Origin: an uncultured Nitrososphaerota archaeon
Lineage (GTDB): Archaea > Thermoproteota > Nitrososphaeria > Nitrososphaerales > Gagatemarchaeaceae
Direction of reading: 5' to 3'
NCBI GenBank assembly: GCA_963703285.1
Contig: OY969807.1
Coordinates: 512,001-576,000 of the forward strand
DNA: 64,000 nucleotides
Part shown: in pieces, positions 37,099-46,236 of the stretch
Layout of the letters: every line of letters starts with the position of its first letter
Position numbering within the stretch: position 1 is the first letter of the stretch
Notes under the pieces: generated by a model
The model's database searches: none
The model's input: the letters and a program-made list of their open reading frames with translations, nothing else
What the model was told of the DNA's origin: nothing
Made by a program: the position numbers and the translations under genes

Positions 37099-38177
37099 CT
37101 GTTCCCCACCAAGACCTCCACGGGCGTGTAGTCCAGTTCGTAGCCGAAGTACCTAGGCCCCACCAGCTTGACGCCCTCCGGCGTCCTCCACTTGGGGTCG
37201 CACGGGGATCCAAGGACGAGCGCCCTGTTCCCGTACCTCAGGCCCTCGGTCGTTATGGGCAGCCCGGACTCCAGATCGAGGACCGAGATCAGGTCCGGAA
37301 CCATCGCCACCGGCCTCCCGTCGAGGGTCGCCATTAGGTTCTCGTTCTGAAAGCGCACCTTCAGCGTCCTCCCCGAGAACTCGTCGAGGCCCTGGAAGGT
37401 CGCCTCGCCCTTGGCGAACCCGGCGGTGGTCCTCCTGAGTATGTCCGTCACCTTTCCCTTGAAGAGGACTCTGCTCCTCATGTGCTCTATCACGCCCTCG
37501 GCGGGGTTCGACCCGTGGGTCCTCGCCTCGGCGATTATCCTCCCGACGTCCAACGCAAGTGAGACCGAACCCCTGATGCACGATTGCTTCAGTCGCCGTC
37601 CGTCCATGGGGTAGATCGCTATCAGGGACGAGCCCCCCATCTGAACCGTCACGGCCCTGGCGATGCGCTCCGTCCAGAGGTTGTCTATGGCGTCGATCTG
37701 CAGGGAGTTGCCCTTCTCGTCGGCCATCACCATCGGGGTCGCGGTGATCCCGTAGAGGGTGAAGGTCACCATCTGCAACTCCGGGAACGCCCGCCCCATC
37801 CCGTCGCAATCGATGAGCGGCAGCTTCAGGCTCGCGGCCACGGCGATGGGTATCTGGGAGTTGATGCCGCCTTCCTCGATCGGAGTGATGGCGAAGGCCT
37901 TCTTCCCGAGCCTCGCCTCGAGCGACTTCAGGGCCTGAAAACCCTCGTTTCCGTTCGGAATCTTCTCGACCATCACCGTCGGCGCACCCATCATGGCGGC
38001 CGGGATGACCAACTCGTCGTCGGGTACGTCTTCGGGCTGTATGAGCTCCACCTCGCCGTGCCTGTCCACGGCGTCCAGGGCCAGGAGCTTGCCCACGAAG
38101 GGGTCGCCCCCTCCACCCGTGCCGAGGAAGGCTGCGCCGAGGGCAATATGCTCGATTTCTTCGGGACCGATTCGCAC
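37095..38177 (-). CDS. DUF917 family protein
   Basis: LGTGGGGDP, MGAPTV, E.GGINS, DCDGMGRAFPELQM, FQNENL, PDLI, LRYG, VGPRYFG. Confidence 0.9.
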   Translation of the reverse strand: MRIGPEEIEHIALGAAFLGTGGGGDPFVGKLLALDAVDRHGEVELIQPEDVPDDELVIPAAMMGAPTVMVEKIPNGNEGFQALKSLEARLGKKAFAITPIEEGGINSQIPIAVAASLKLPLIDCDGMGRAFPELQMVTFTLYGITATPMVMADEKGNSLQIDAIDNLWTERIARAVTVQMGGSSLIAIYPMDGRRLKQSCIRGSVSLALDVGRIIAEARTHGSNPAEGVIEHMRSRVLFKGKVTDILRRTTAGFAKGEATFQGLDEFSGRTLKVRFQNENLMATLDGRPVAMVPDLISVLDLESGLPITTEGLRYGNRALVLGSPCDPKWRTPEGVKLVGPRYFGYELDYTPVEVLVGNR

Positions 38178-38298
38178 CGCAGTTTTGTTTTGCCTTTTTG
38201 CCTATATATCCTGCGCGGCCGGCGAGCGCCCAGCAGTCCGGGGGCCGGCTCGCTTCTACAATCGCTTAAATATCGCGCGGCATCATCAGACACAAAAA

Positions 38299-39316
38299 TT
38301 GCGGTTTTGGGAGTTCGTCGTCCGTCGCATAATGCTGGCGCTGGTGACCGTACTTGGACTCTCCCTCATAATCTTCTACATGTCGCGGGTCCTTCCGTCC
38401 AACCCCGGTCGGCTCGCCCTCGGCCCCTCCGCCACCCAGGCGCAGGTGGCCTTCTACGACCGCCAGCTCGGGCTGGACCGGCCGCTCTACGAGCAGTACT
38501 TCTACTGGCTCTGGAACTTCATCCATGGACAGTGGGGACAGTCGCTGATCACGCACGACAACGTGCTCCACGACGTCGTGCTGCACTTTCCCGCGACCTT
38601 CGAGCTCATCACCATCTCGATAATACTCACCGCGCTGATCGGCATCCCGCTTGGGGTGGTGGCTGCCGCCAGGAGGGGCAAGCTCATCTCCGGGACCGTC
38701 CGGCTGCTCTGGATAATCGGCATAGCCATCCCGCCCTTCACGGTCGGCCTCGGCCTGCAGGTGATCTTCGGCTACGGCCTGAAGTACAAGGACATCATAG
38801 GACAGCTCTCCGGCCCGGCCCCAATCCACGTCACGGGAATGTATCTCGTGGACTCCATCCTCACGCTCAACTTGCCCGCCCTAGCCGACGCCTCTCAGCA
38901 CCTCTTCCTGCCGGAGATAGCTCTCTCGCTCGCCGGCATCGGCCAGATCGCGCAGCTGACCTACTCCGGGATGCTCGACCAGACCCAAGAGGACTATTAC
39001 CTCTCGCTAAAGGCGTACGGAGCGCCGTCCCTCGCCTCCGACTTCAAGTACGCGCTCGAGGAGCGCGCTCATACCCGTCCTCACGGTGCTCGGCCTTCTC
39101 TACGCGTCGCTGATCGCCAACGCCTTCCTGGTCGAGGAGGTCTTCAGCTGGGGAGGCCTTTCGACCTATGCGGTCACGGCGATGCAGAGTGATGACTTCA
39201 ACGCGATAGTCGCGACGGTCCTCGTGATCGGCGTCTTCTACGTGGTACTCAACCTGGTCATAGACCTGGGGCTGGGGTTCGTTGACCCGAGGATCAGGCT
39301 GGGGGAGAGCCAATGA
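38299..39316 (+). CDS. Peptide/nickel ABC transporter permease (DppB-like), 1-nt insertion near 39058
   Basis: TTG 38299; LGLDRPLYEQY, FPATFEL. After correction: ALRSALIPVLT..VEEVFSWGG..VDPRIR. Confidence 0.85.
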
Positions 39317-40185
39317 CCGAGGTCAAGCCGTCGGTCCGGACGAGGGAGCTAGTCAGGCAGCTGCGCAGGCTGACCTACGACCGCCTCGCCCTTGCGGGGA
39401 TGATAATGCTGGGGGCGATAGTCCTGCTCGCCATCTTCGCGCCGTACATCGCCCCCTACCCGAAGGAGGCGGGGGCCTACGCCAACTTCGGGGACGCGCT
39501 TCGCGCGCCGTCGTGGGCCCACCCCTTCGGCACCGACGACGTGGGGAGGGACATCCTCACGCGGGTCCTCTTCGGCTTCAGGATCTCGCTCCTGATCGGG
39601 GTGGTCGTCCTGATACCCAGCGCCCTGCTTGGAACGGTCCTCGGGCTCTTCGCCGGATACTACGGCGGGTGGGTGGAGGCACTCATCGAGAGGGTGACCG
39701 ACGTCTTCCTCGCCCTTCCAGCGCTGATATTCGCGCTGGTGATCACTGGCATACTGGGTCCCAGCCTAGAGGACGTCATCATCGCCCTCCTCGCCATCTG
39801 GTGGAACTGGTACGCGAGGATCATGTTCACGCTCACCAAGTCGCTGAAGAACCAGCCCTACGTCGAGTCCGCGAGGGTCCAGGGGGCCGGGTCGCTGCGT
39901 ATCATGTTCAGGGAGATACTCCCCAACGCCACCTCGACGCTCTCCGCCAAGATGATGCTCGACCTTGGATTCATCATCCTCATCGAGGCGGGGATGGGGT
40001 ACCTCGGCATAGGAGTGCAGCCACCCCTGCCAGACCTCGGACAGATGGTGGCCGCGGGCGCGAGCTACATGGCCACCAAGTGGTGGGTGCCCCTCTTCCC
40101 CAGTCTCGCGCTCACCCTGCTCATACTTGCGTTCAACCTGATAGCCAACGGCATAAGGGACCTCTTCGACGTCAAGGTGGTATGA
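39313..40185 (+). CDS. Peptide ABC transporter permease (DppC-like)
   Basis: HPFGTDDVGRD, YVESARVQGA, EILPN, LAFNL. Confidence 0.92.
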   Translation: MTEVKPSVRTRELVRQLRRLTYDRLALAGMIMLGAIVLLAIFAPYIAPYPKEAGAYANFGDALRAPSWAHPFGTDDVGRDILTRVLFGFRISLLIGVVVLIPSALLGTVLGLFAGYYGGWVEALIERVTDVFLALPALIFALVITGILGPSLEDVIIALLAIWWNWYARIMFTLTKSLKNQPYVESARVQGAGSLRIMFREILPNATSTLSAKMMLDLGFIILIEAGMGYLGIGVQPPLPDLGQMVAAGASYMATKWWVPLFPSLALTLLILAFNLIANGIRDLFDVKVV

Positions 40186-40875
40186 ATGACGTCGCTCCTC
40201 GAGGTCCGCGACCTGAGCATCTTCATCCGGTCTGAGGGGAGGCGCCTGCCTATACTCCGCGACGTCTCGCTCAGCGTCGACGCGTCGGAGACGGTCGCCG
40301 TCGTCGGGGAGACGGGCAGCGGCAAGACTATCACCGCCAGGGCGGTCATGGGCATCCTCCCGAAGAACGCCGAGGTCGAGTCGGGGAGCATAACCTTCGA
40401 GGGGACCGACATGCTCTCGGGGAAGGGCGCGACCGAGGCCCGGGAGCGGCTGTCGATGATATTCCAGAACCCAATGTCCTCGATCAACCCCCTCTTCAGA
40501 GTGGGCGAGCAGATGAACGACGTCCTCACCTGGTCGTTCGGGGAGAAGGGCCGAGGCGACGCCTGGAGGCGCGGCAGGGTCAGGTCAGCCCTCGAGGACG
40601 CCCAGTGCTACGACGGCGGGAAGATACTCGACATGTACCCGTTCCAGCTCAGCGGCGGGATGCGCCAGAGGGTGATGATAGCCATGGCGCTGCTCCGCCA
40701 GCCCGTGCTCCTCATCGCCGACGAGCCGACGACCGCGCTGGACGTAACCACGCAGAGGGAGATACTTGAATTGCTCAAGCACCTCACCGACGCCGAGAAG
40801 ATGAGCCTCATCCTCATCACGCACAACCTCGGCATCGCCCGCGAGTCGTCCAGGAGGACCTACGTGATGTACGCC
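40186..40875 (+). pseudogene. Peptide ABC ATPase (DppD-like), 3'-truncated
   Basis: GETGSGKT, IFQNP, LSGGMRQR, IADEPTTALD, ITHNL. Homology stops at VMYA, where the convergent gene begins. Confidence 0.8.
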
Positions 40876-41210
40876 GAGAGGGCGTCGAGCTCGCCCTCGC
40901 GACGCGGCCTCGACCCCGGCGGGCGGTTGCCAGCGCGCCTAGCTCCCAGGGACACGATGTAGTTCGACCGCCTCATCTCTGAGAGCTCCTCGACGGTCAG
41001 CGGAATCTTGGCGACCTGGCGGTTCACTTCGTCCCAGTCGATGTCTGAGCGCTGAGCGCCGACCTTGACGGCGTCGGGGATCTCGGTCGCGACCGTGACC
41101 AGTGGTCCGAGGTAGCAGACCACCCTCTGTCTCACGCGACCTCCGTCTCTTCGCCCGTCCACCAGGTAGGCGTACCGCTTCCCTCCCGTGGTCTTCGTCC
41201 TGACGTACAC
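40860..41210 (-). CDS. Hypothetical protein resembling an IS1634-like transposase N-terminal motif; probably 3'-truncated
   Basis: GTG 41210: YVRTKTTGGKRYAYLV..RVRQRVVCYLG; no DDE domain. Confidence 0.55.
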   Translation of the reverse strand: MYVRTKTTGGKRYAYLVDGRRDGGRVRQRVVCYLGPLVTVATEIPDAVKVGAQRSDIDWDEVNRQVAKIPLTVEELSEMRRSNYIVSLGARRAGNRPPGSRPRREGELDALSAYIT

Positions 41211-41296
41211 GGGTTTGGAGCGGCGCCAGATGGATAATAATGTTGTGCCCAAAACGTCAGCAGGTCTGGCCGGGAGCCACAGAAAACCTTCGCCCG

Positions 41297-41502
41297 CGGC
41301 GACCGAGCATCGAGCTTCAATGGAACGAGAAGGCCATCAACAGCGGCGAAGTGCTCACGGTGATCTTCGGCGAGAGGAAGGAGGCCCGGTCCGTCCACGA
41401 GCTGAAGCCGCATGTGATCACCGAGAGGGGACCGCAGGTGGGTCCGTCAGGAATGCCTGGCAACTCGCCTAGGGCTGGGACCATATGGTCAAGGCTGCAT
41501 AA
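41297..41502 (+). pseudogene. Decayed duplicate of gene 33342-33770
   Basis: SIELQWNEKAINSGEVLTVIFGER fused to ..ELKPHVITERGPQ.. then AWQLA*GWDHMVKAA: internal deletion, frameshift and stop. Confidence 0.8.
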
Positions 41503-41621
41503 CGGTCCCGATGCTCGTAACCGGGTAAGGTTGACGCCGGCTTGAACACCGCGGGCTTAGATAAGGGGTCAAAACGGCCGGACACGCTTAAATAAGCGCG
41601 GAGCCGCCGCGGTTTTGGTTT

Positions 41622-42158
41622 ATGGAGGAGACGAACCCTCCCAGAAAGCGGAAGACAGAGAACCGCTCCTTCAGGATAGATTCGGAGGTACTGAGAGGGC
41701 TCGAAGAGGAGGCCGGAAGGAAGCAGGTCAGCGTCAACACCCTGGTGAACCAGCTGCTAGCCGACTACATAGACGTGGGGCGCCACAGGAAGAGGCTCGG
41801 AACCGTCGCCCTGAGCATAAGCGCATTCGAGCTGATCATCGCGGCGGCGAGCGATGCGGACATCGTCCAGGCGGGGACCATGTCGGGCAGGAACGTCCCC
41901 AGAGCGTACGCGCTGAGCAAGTGGGGCAGGGACAACCCCCAGTACGTCCTCAGCTTCATCAGGGAGAACGCCTCCGTGACGGGGCTCTACGACTACAGCG
42001 AATCTCCAACCTCGCCGAAGACCATCACGCTCACCCACCAGTTCGGCAGGAAGTGGTCGCTCTATCTTGCCAGCTTCTTCACCGCGGCCTTCGATGACGC
42101 GGGAGAGAAGGTCCAGACCGAGGTCAGCAACCAAGCGGTCGGATTGAAGTTGTTGTGA
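41622..42158 (+). CDS. RHH-domain archaeal hypothetical regulator
   Basis: NRSFRIDSEVL..LEEEA..VSVNTLVNQLL; C-terminal HQFGRKWSLYL. Confidence 0.75.
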   Translation: MEETNPPRKRKTENRSFRIDSEVLRGLEEEAGRKQVSVNTLVNQLLADYIDVGRHRKRLGTVALSISAFELIIAAASDADIVQAGTMSGRNVPRAYALSKWGRDNPQYVLSFIRENASVTGLYDYSESPTSPKTITLTHQFGRKWSLYLASFFTAAFDDAGEKVQTEVSNQAVGLKLL

Positions 42159-42163
42159 CATGC

Positions 42164-42184
42164 TATCTGTCTTAACTAAGATGC
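42164..42184. repeat. Palindromic repeat, degenerate copy 3
   Basis: TATCTGTCTTA-AC-TAAGATGC versus TATCTGTCTTA-CAAG-TAAGATGC at 33918. Confidence 0.55.
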
Positions 42185-42234
42185 GTTCCCTATCGTGTCG
42201 AGCTGCCGCCGGTTTCGCCAAGCTCCGCCCGAGG

Positions 42235-42432
42235 CTAGAGCTCAGATGAGCAGGCTAGTTTGATCTCTCCTTCTGAAACGAGAGAAGGATCATAGTCGAC
42301 CGAGACGACCTGCTCCACAACGTCGGCCCTTACCTTGATGAGGCCCGGCAGCCTGGCGATTCTCCGTTTAACCACCATCGGCGACCCTCGTACTTGGAAG
42401 ATCAGCTTGCGGCTGCTTCTCGATTCCAACAT
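42235..42432 (-). CDS. HMA/CopZ-like small protein lacking CxxC
   Basis: LIFQVRG..VKRRIARLPGLIKVRAD..VSVDYDPSLVS..I. Confidence 0.5.
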   Translation of the reverse strand: MLESRSSRKLIFQVRGSPMVVKRRIARLPGLIKVRADVVEQVVSVDYDPSLVSEGEIKLACSSEL

Positions 42433-42604
42433 GTGTCTCACTATGGCAGCATATCGCCGTCGATGTTGGTCCCTAGCGGCTATTTGGGGGGTATGAACGC
42501 AGACGCTGTTCATGTGACCATCTGTGTTCCTTGTCATTCACATGGACGGCCATTGCAGCCGCTCCGCCAGGGAGTATCGCGGAAAGCACAGCCAAATCAT
42601 TAGC

Positions 42605-42622
42605 ATCCCTTCCGGCCCATCA
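42605..42622 (+). repeat. tRNA 3'-end-like direct repeat (att-like), left
   Basis: ATCCCTTCCGGCCCATCA, exact copy at 43595-43612. Confidence 0.7.
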
Positions 42623-42712
42623 CAGTTCATCTTGAGCTCATTTATGCCGCAAGGAGCTTGAATTGAGTCAATAGACGTTGAATCTAGCCGTGCCCAGACC
42701 CATTGACTGGCC

Positions 42713-43066
42713 CTAGCGAGACCCTGACTTTACTGTGATTGGTTTCTGATACTCTTCGACCGCTCTCTGCATCGTCTTTCTCGAAATGGTCATGTCCAGC
42801 TTAATCAGCTGCTTCACAACGTCGTTGGCTCTGTCGAGCTTGTACATCGTGGCTCGTCCGACGTGCCTAGTGGCCTTTACCGCGCTCGACGTCTCAAGTT
42901 CCTTCCAATACTTGAAGAAAGTCACGCGACTCATAGCAAGATTCCTCGCAATCTCGTTCTTCGAGTAGTCTGATAGCGGATTGTCCAAGAAGAAGTCTAT
43001 GATTCTCAATGTCGGGCTGGCGCCAAGATAGCGGAGCAAGAGTGTTTCGTCGGGCTTGTATGCCAT
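42713..43066 (-). CDS. Winged-helix DNA-binding protein
   Basis: LRIIDFFLDNPLSDYSKNEIA..SRVT..TRHVGRATMYKL. Confidence 0.8.
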   Translation of the reverse strand: MAYKPDETLLLRYLGASPTLRIIDFFLDNPLSDYSKNEIARNLAMSRVTFFKYWKELETSSAVKATRHVGRATMYKLDRANDVVKQLIKLDMTISRKTMQRAVEEYQKPITVKSGSR

Positions 43067-43128
43067 CAAAATATTTTTAGGTTTGAAAGTATATAAGGTT
43101 AACCTTTCAAAGTATCTTAAGTGAACTC

Positions 43129-43410
43129 ATGTTCTCCGACGATGAGATCAAGGCCACGTTGATGTTCAAGCTTCACAAAAGAGGAAACTGGGGAGCGAGC
43201 CACACTGCCCTCGACAACCTCACCAAGGGCTGGAATCAGTCCGACCTAGGAAAGCATGGACTGAAGCGGGTCGAGCAAATCGCTAAAGAGCTGATTCGTC
43301 AGGGTGCGATAATTCCAAAGCCCACTTCATACGGCCTGCAGGTCTCGCTGAATCCAAGGCAGAGCGATGCGATAACGGCGTTCATGCGGAGATACTTTCC
43401 GAACGTGTGA
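43129..43410 (+). CDS. Small archaeal hypothetical protein
   Basis: Intact ORF divergent from the wHTH gene across an AT-rich promoter; WGASHT, KPTSYGLQVSLNP. Confidence 0.65.
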   Translation: MFSDDEIKATLMFKLHKRGNWGASHTALDNLTKGWNQSDLGKHGLKRVEQIAKELIRQGAIIPKPTSYGLQVSLNPRQSDAITAFMRRYFPNV

Positions 43411-43594
43411 TTTCAAATGTCGAGTTCGCGCAAAAGAATGATTACGCTATCAAAAGTAGATCACTATCTTTAACCTAGAATCCAACACTCGCCTGCTTTA
43501 TTTCGACCAGGTCAAGCTTTCGAATCTGCACTTATTCGAATCCTTGTCAAGGTCAAGGTTGTGAATCCCGACATTCGACAACTGTTTAGAACGA

Positions 43595-43612
43595 ATCCCT
43601 TCCGGCCCATCA
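43595..43612 (+). repeat. tRNA 3'-end-like direct repeat (att-like), right
   Basis: CGAATCCCTTCCGGCCCATCA fits T-loop end, T-stem 3' strand, acceptor 3' strand and discriminator. Confidence 0.7.
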
Positions 43613-43699
43613 TTCAGACCAGCCCACAATGAACTGCGTTTTGCCTGGAAACGACCCATTGGAGCCAACCTCCGGGCAAGCGGCGTTCACTTCCTGGCA

Positions 43700-43915
43700 T
43701 CAAATCAATTTGAGGAATTCCTCAATCGTCATTCCCACATCATCGATAATGCTCTTCATTGTTCCTGTCTTGATTGGGTCATGACGCGGTACCACAGTCC
43801 ATCTGCCATCACGATGGTCCAGGATGACATGACTTCCTGACTGTCTCTTTACCACGGAAGCGAGTTTGCCAAGAGCCTTGACCATTTCTCGCCAGCTGTG
43901 GTTGCTGAGACTCAC
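43700..43915 (-). CDS. hicA: HicA toxin
   Basis: RQSGSHVIL, VVPRH, IKTGT. Confidence 0.88.
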   Translation of the reverse strand: MSLSNHSWREMVKALGKLASVVKRQSGSHVILDHRDGRWTVVPRHDPIKTGTMKSIIDDVGMTIEEFLKLI

Positions 43916-44130
43916 CTTATCGTAATCTCCAGCACTTCGCCCTTCTCTCTCTTTGCCTTCTCGCGAAGGTAATCCATCGTCAGAGTCAGAGCGTCGCGCA
44001 TGTTTTTCTTGACCTCGGTCAGGGTTTCACCTTCGGTGTGAACCTGAGGGAGTTCTACGCACTTGGCGACGTACCCACCTTCTTCGGCCCTGCTAATGAC
44101 GTAGGTGTACGTTCGGCCCTTTACTCTCAT
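43912..44130 (-). CDS. hicB: HicB antitoxin
   Basis: AEEGGYVAKCVELPQVHTEGETLTE..MRDAL. Confidence 0.88.
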   Translation of the reverse strand: MRVKGRTYTYVISRAEEGGYVAKCVELPQVHTEGETLTEVKKNMRDALTLTMDYLREKAKREKGEVLEITIR

Positions 44131-44203
44131 TTGACAACGCTACAGGCTTGGCCGTGAATATAACCGTCTCGGCGGGGCCGCTCATCTTCGCTCTGAAAGA
44201 GCC

Positions 44204-44329
44204 ACAATCAGACGCATCCCTGAGGATCTGTGGGCAGCGCTGGCTCCTCTCCTGGGAGAAGAGAAGGTGCCTAGCACAAGAGGGAGGCCTCCCGTCTCCT
44301 TCAGGAGGGCCATCGACGGGATACTCTAC
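44204..44329 (+). mobile_element. IS5-family transposase N-terminal remnant
   Basis: IPEDLWAALAPLLGEEKVPSTRGRPPVSFRRAIDGILY (DUF4096-like); truncated, no start codon. Confidence 0.7.
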
Positions 44330-44361
44330 GGCGAGGTCCCTGCGCGTCGTTCCCGTAGGCC

Positions 44362-46230
44362 CTACGTGGGACCGGTCAAGCCGTCGAGGGAACCGGTCAG
44401 CAGCTCCGGGCTCTTCAGGTACTTCTGCATGCCCTCAGAGGCGATCTGCACCTGTGGACCGGCTATGTGCGTCCCCGAAGGGACCGTGTCTCCCGTCGTG
44501 TTGTTGACCTCGCCCGCCGCGAAGAGGTTGGGAGCCGTCCAGCACTGCTGCCAGCCGTTGAAGGTCGAGGTCGCCTGGTTCGCGCCGACCCTGTTTCCTC
44601 CCCTCCAGTGGTGACCCCACCAGTCGGTGTGAGCCGAGAAGGGCGGGACCACGGTTCCTCCGGTGGTGATGTTGGCGGCACCGAGCTTGTTCAGGATGGC
44701 GATCAGGGGTGCGTTCCCGGGGCTGGTCGCGAAGTAGGTTGCGCCGTTGTAGCCGTTGGGTGTCCAGTCGTGGGTAATCCTGGCGCACGGGTCCCCCCAC
44801 GCGTCTACGTAGTTCGGGTCCAGGTCCCAGTGGTTCGTCGTGTTGGGAAGGTCAGGAGCGACTCCTCCCAAGCTGACCCGCGCCGATGCCCCTCCGGTCT
44901 GGTACCTGTTCTTCAGGGTTGCCTTGTAGGCGCTGCCCTGGCTGCCGGAGCTGACCCCGCCGGCCTGGGTCAGGTTGCCTGGACCGCTCCCGGCGTAGCT
45001 GCCGGCGCTCTGCTGCGCGCCGCCGACGAAGTTCAGCCCCGAATGGTCGAAGTTGTCATCCATGAAGTCATAGATGGCCGTGTCTCCGCCAGCCGCGTTC
45101 CCCGCGGTGAACGAATTTGTCCCCATGTTCGCCATCAAGCCTCCCGGGCCGCCGGTCGAGCTGTAGGTTCCATAGCCGTACGTCAGCCCCCTGCCGACGG
45201 TCCCGGTCGCGGTGACCGGGTTGTACGGGACACCGACCTCTGACATCAGCATCGCCCTCGTTTGGTTGTACCCCCACAGCCCGTTGAAGAACACGCTTCC
45301 GGGCTGGATGTGGATGTTTCCCTCCATATCGTAGTACCTGACGTCCGCGATCGTGCCGTCGGGATTGGTGCCCAGCCTGAATATCTCGCTGTTGAGGACC
45401 ATCGTGAAGTTCCCAGTCGCGATTGCGGCCGGGATGGTCCTGTTCGCCGAGTTGGCCTTGGCGCCCGTCTCGCACGGATAGTTGCAGGACGACCCGCACC
45501 AGCCGTCGTAGACGCACTCGTTGACGGCGACCCCGTAGGAGTTGGTGTACGCGTGGGAGCAGAGGGAGCTGACGTGAGGAAAGGGTCCGTAACCGAGGGC
45601 CTCGGTCGCAGCTTGGAAGGCGCTTCCGAGGGGTGTGAGCGGGTGGCCGGGCAACGGGTAGTTCTCGCTCATCGGCATCGGGGAGCCGTTCACGTTGCCG
45701 TTGCCGTCCCCGCAGATGCCAATCGCCTTCTCCCAGGCGACGAAGTATGGTTCATAGTCGGCGTAGGTGAAGGGCCAGTCCTCTGTGTCGTCGTTCGGGT
45801 TGATCGATGCCAGGAAGCCAGAGCCGTAGCTCGAGGCTGTGGAGGAGTTGATCGAGAAGGCCCAGGGTCCCTGCCTGCCCATGTTCCCGCCGTAGTGCTG
45901 TGCCGCCCCCCCGACGCCGAAGCCCAGACTGTGATACTGGATCGGGAAGGTCGGCCTCCTGGCCGGGAGCGCAAACTGGTTGACGTTGTTCCTGATCGTG
46001 GTCGTCTGGTACGAGGCCGGGAAGTCGAACTTCCTCTCGAAGCCTATCCCCCACTCGTCGTACTTGTTGGACGGGAAGTCGACGCCGAAGTCCCAGTAGG
46101 GGCCCCTCGTGATCCCTGTGACCTTGTATTTTGCCAAGGACAGCTCGGTGGCTATGGTCCCGCTCATCACGCCGAGACCCATCACGACGACGTCCGCCGC
46201 CTCTTCGGTTATGGTGGTCGACATGCCCAT
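44362..46230 (-). CDS. GMC oxidoreductase, gluconate 2-dehydrogenase flavoprotein-like
   Basis: DVVVMGLG, GVGGAAQHY, DWPFTYADYEPY, C..C...CETGAK, LDPNYVDAWGDP, PNLF; no signal peptide. Confidence 0.88.
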   Translation of the reverse strand: MGMSTTITEEAADVVVMGLGVMSGTIATELSLAKYKVTGITRGPYWDFGVDFPSNKYDEWGIGFERKFDFPASYQTTTIRNNVNQFALPARRPTFPIQYHSLGFGVGGAAQHYGGNMGRQGPWAFSINSSTASSYGSGFLASINPNDDTEDWPFTYADYEPYFVAWEKAIGICGDGNGNVNGSPMPMSENYPLPGHPLTPLGSAFQAATEALGYGPFPHVSSLCSHAYTNSYGVAVNECVYDGWCGSSCNYPCETGAKANSANRTIPAAIATGNFTMVLNSEIFRLGTNPDGTIADVRYYDMEGNIHIQPGSVFFNGLWGYNQTRAMLMSEVGVPYNPVTATGTVGRGLTYGYGTYSSTGGPGGLMANMGTNSFTAGNAAGGDTAIYDFMDDNFDHSGLNFVGGAQQSAGSYAGSGPGNLTQAGGVSSGSQGSAYKATLKNRYQTGGASARVSLGGVAPDLPNTTNHWDLDPNYVDAWGDPCARITHDWTPNGYNGATYFATSPGNAPLIAILNKLGAANITTGGTVVPPFSAHTDWWGHHWRGGNRVGANQATSTFNGWQQCWTAPNLFAAGEVNNTTGDTVPSGTHIAGPQVQIASEGMQKYLKSPELLTGSLDGLTGPT

Positions 46231-46236
46231 CGCCTC

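Noticed and set aside
40860-41210. Active IS1634 element
   Set aside because: Only the short N-terminal motif is present; no DDE domain or terminal repeats
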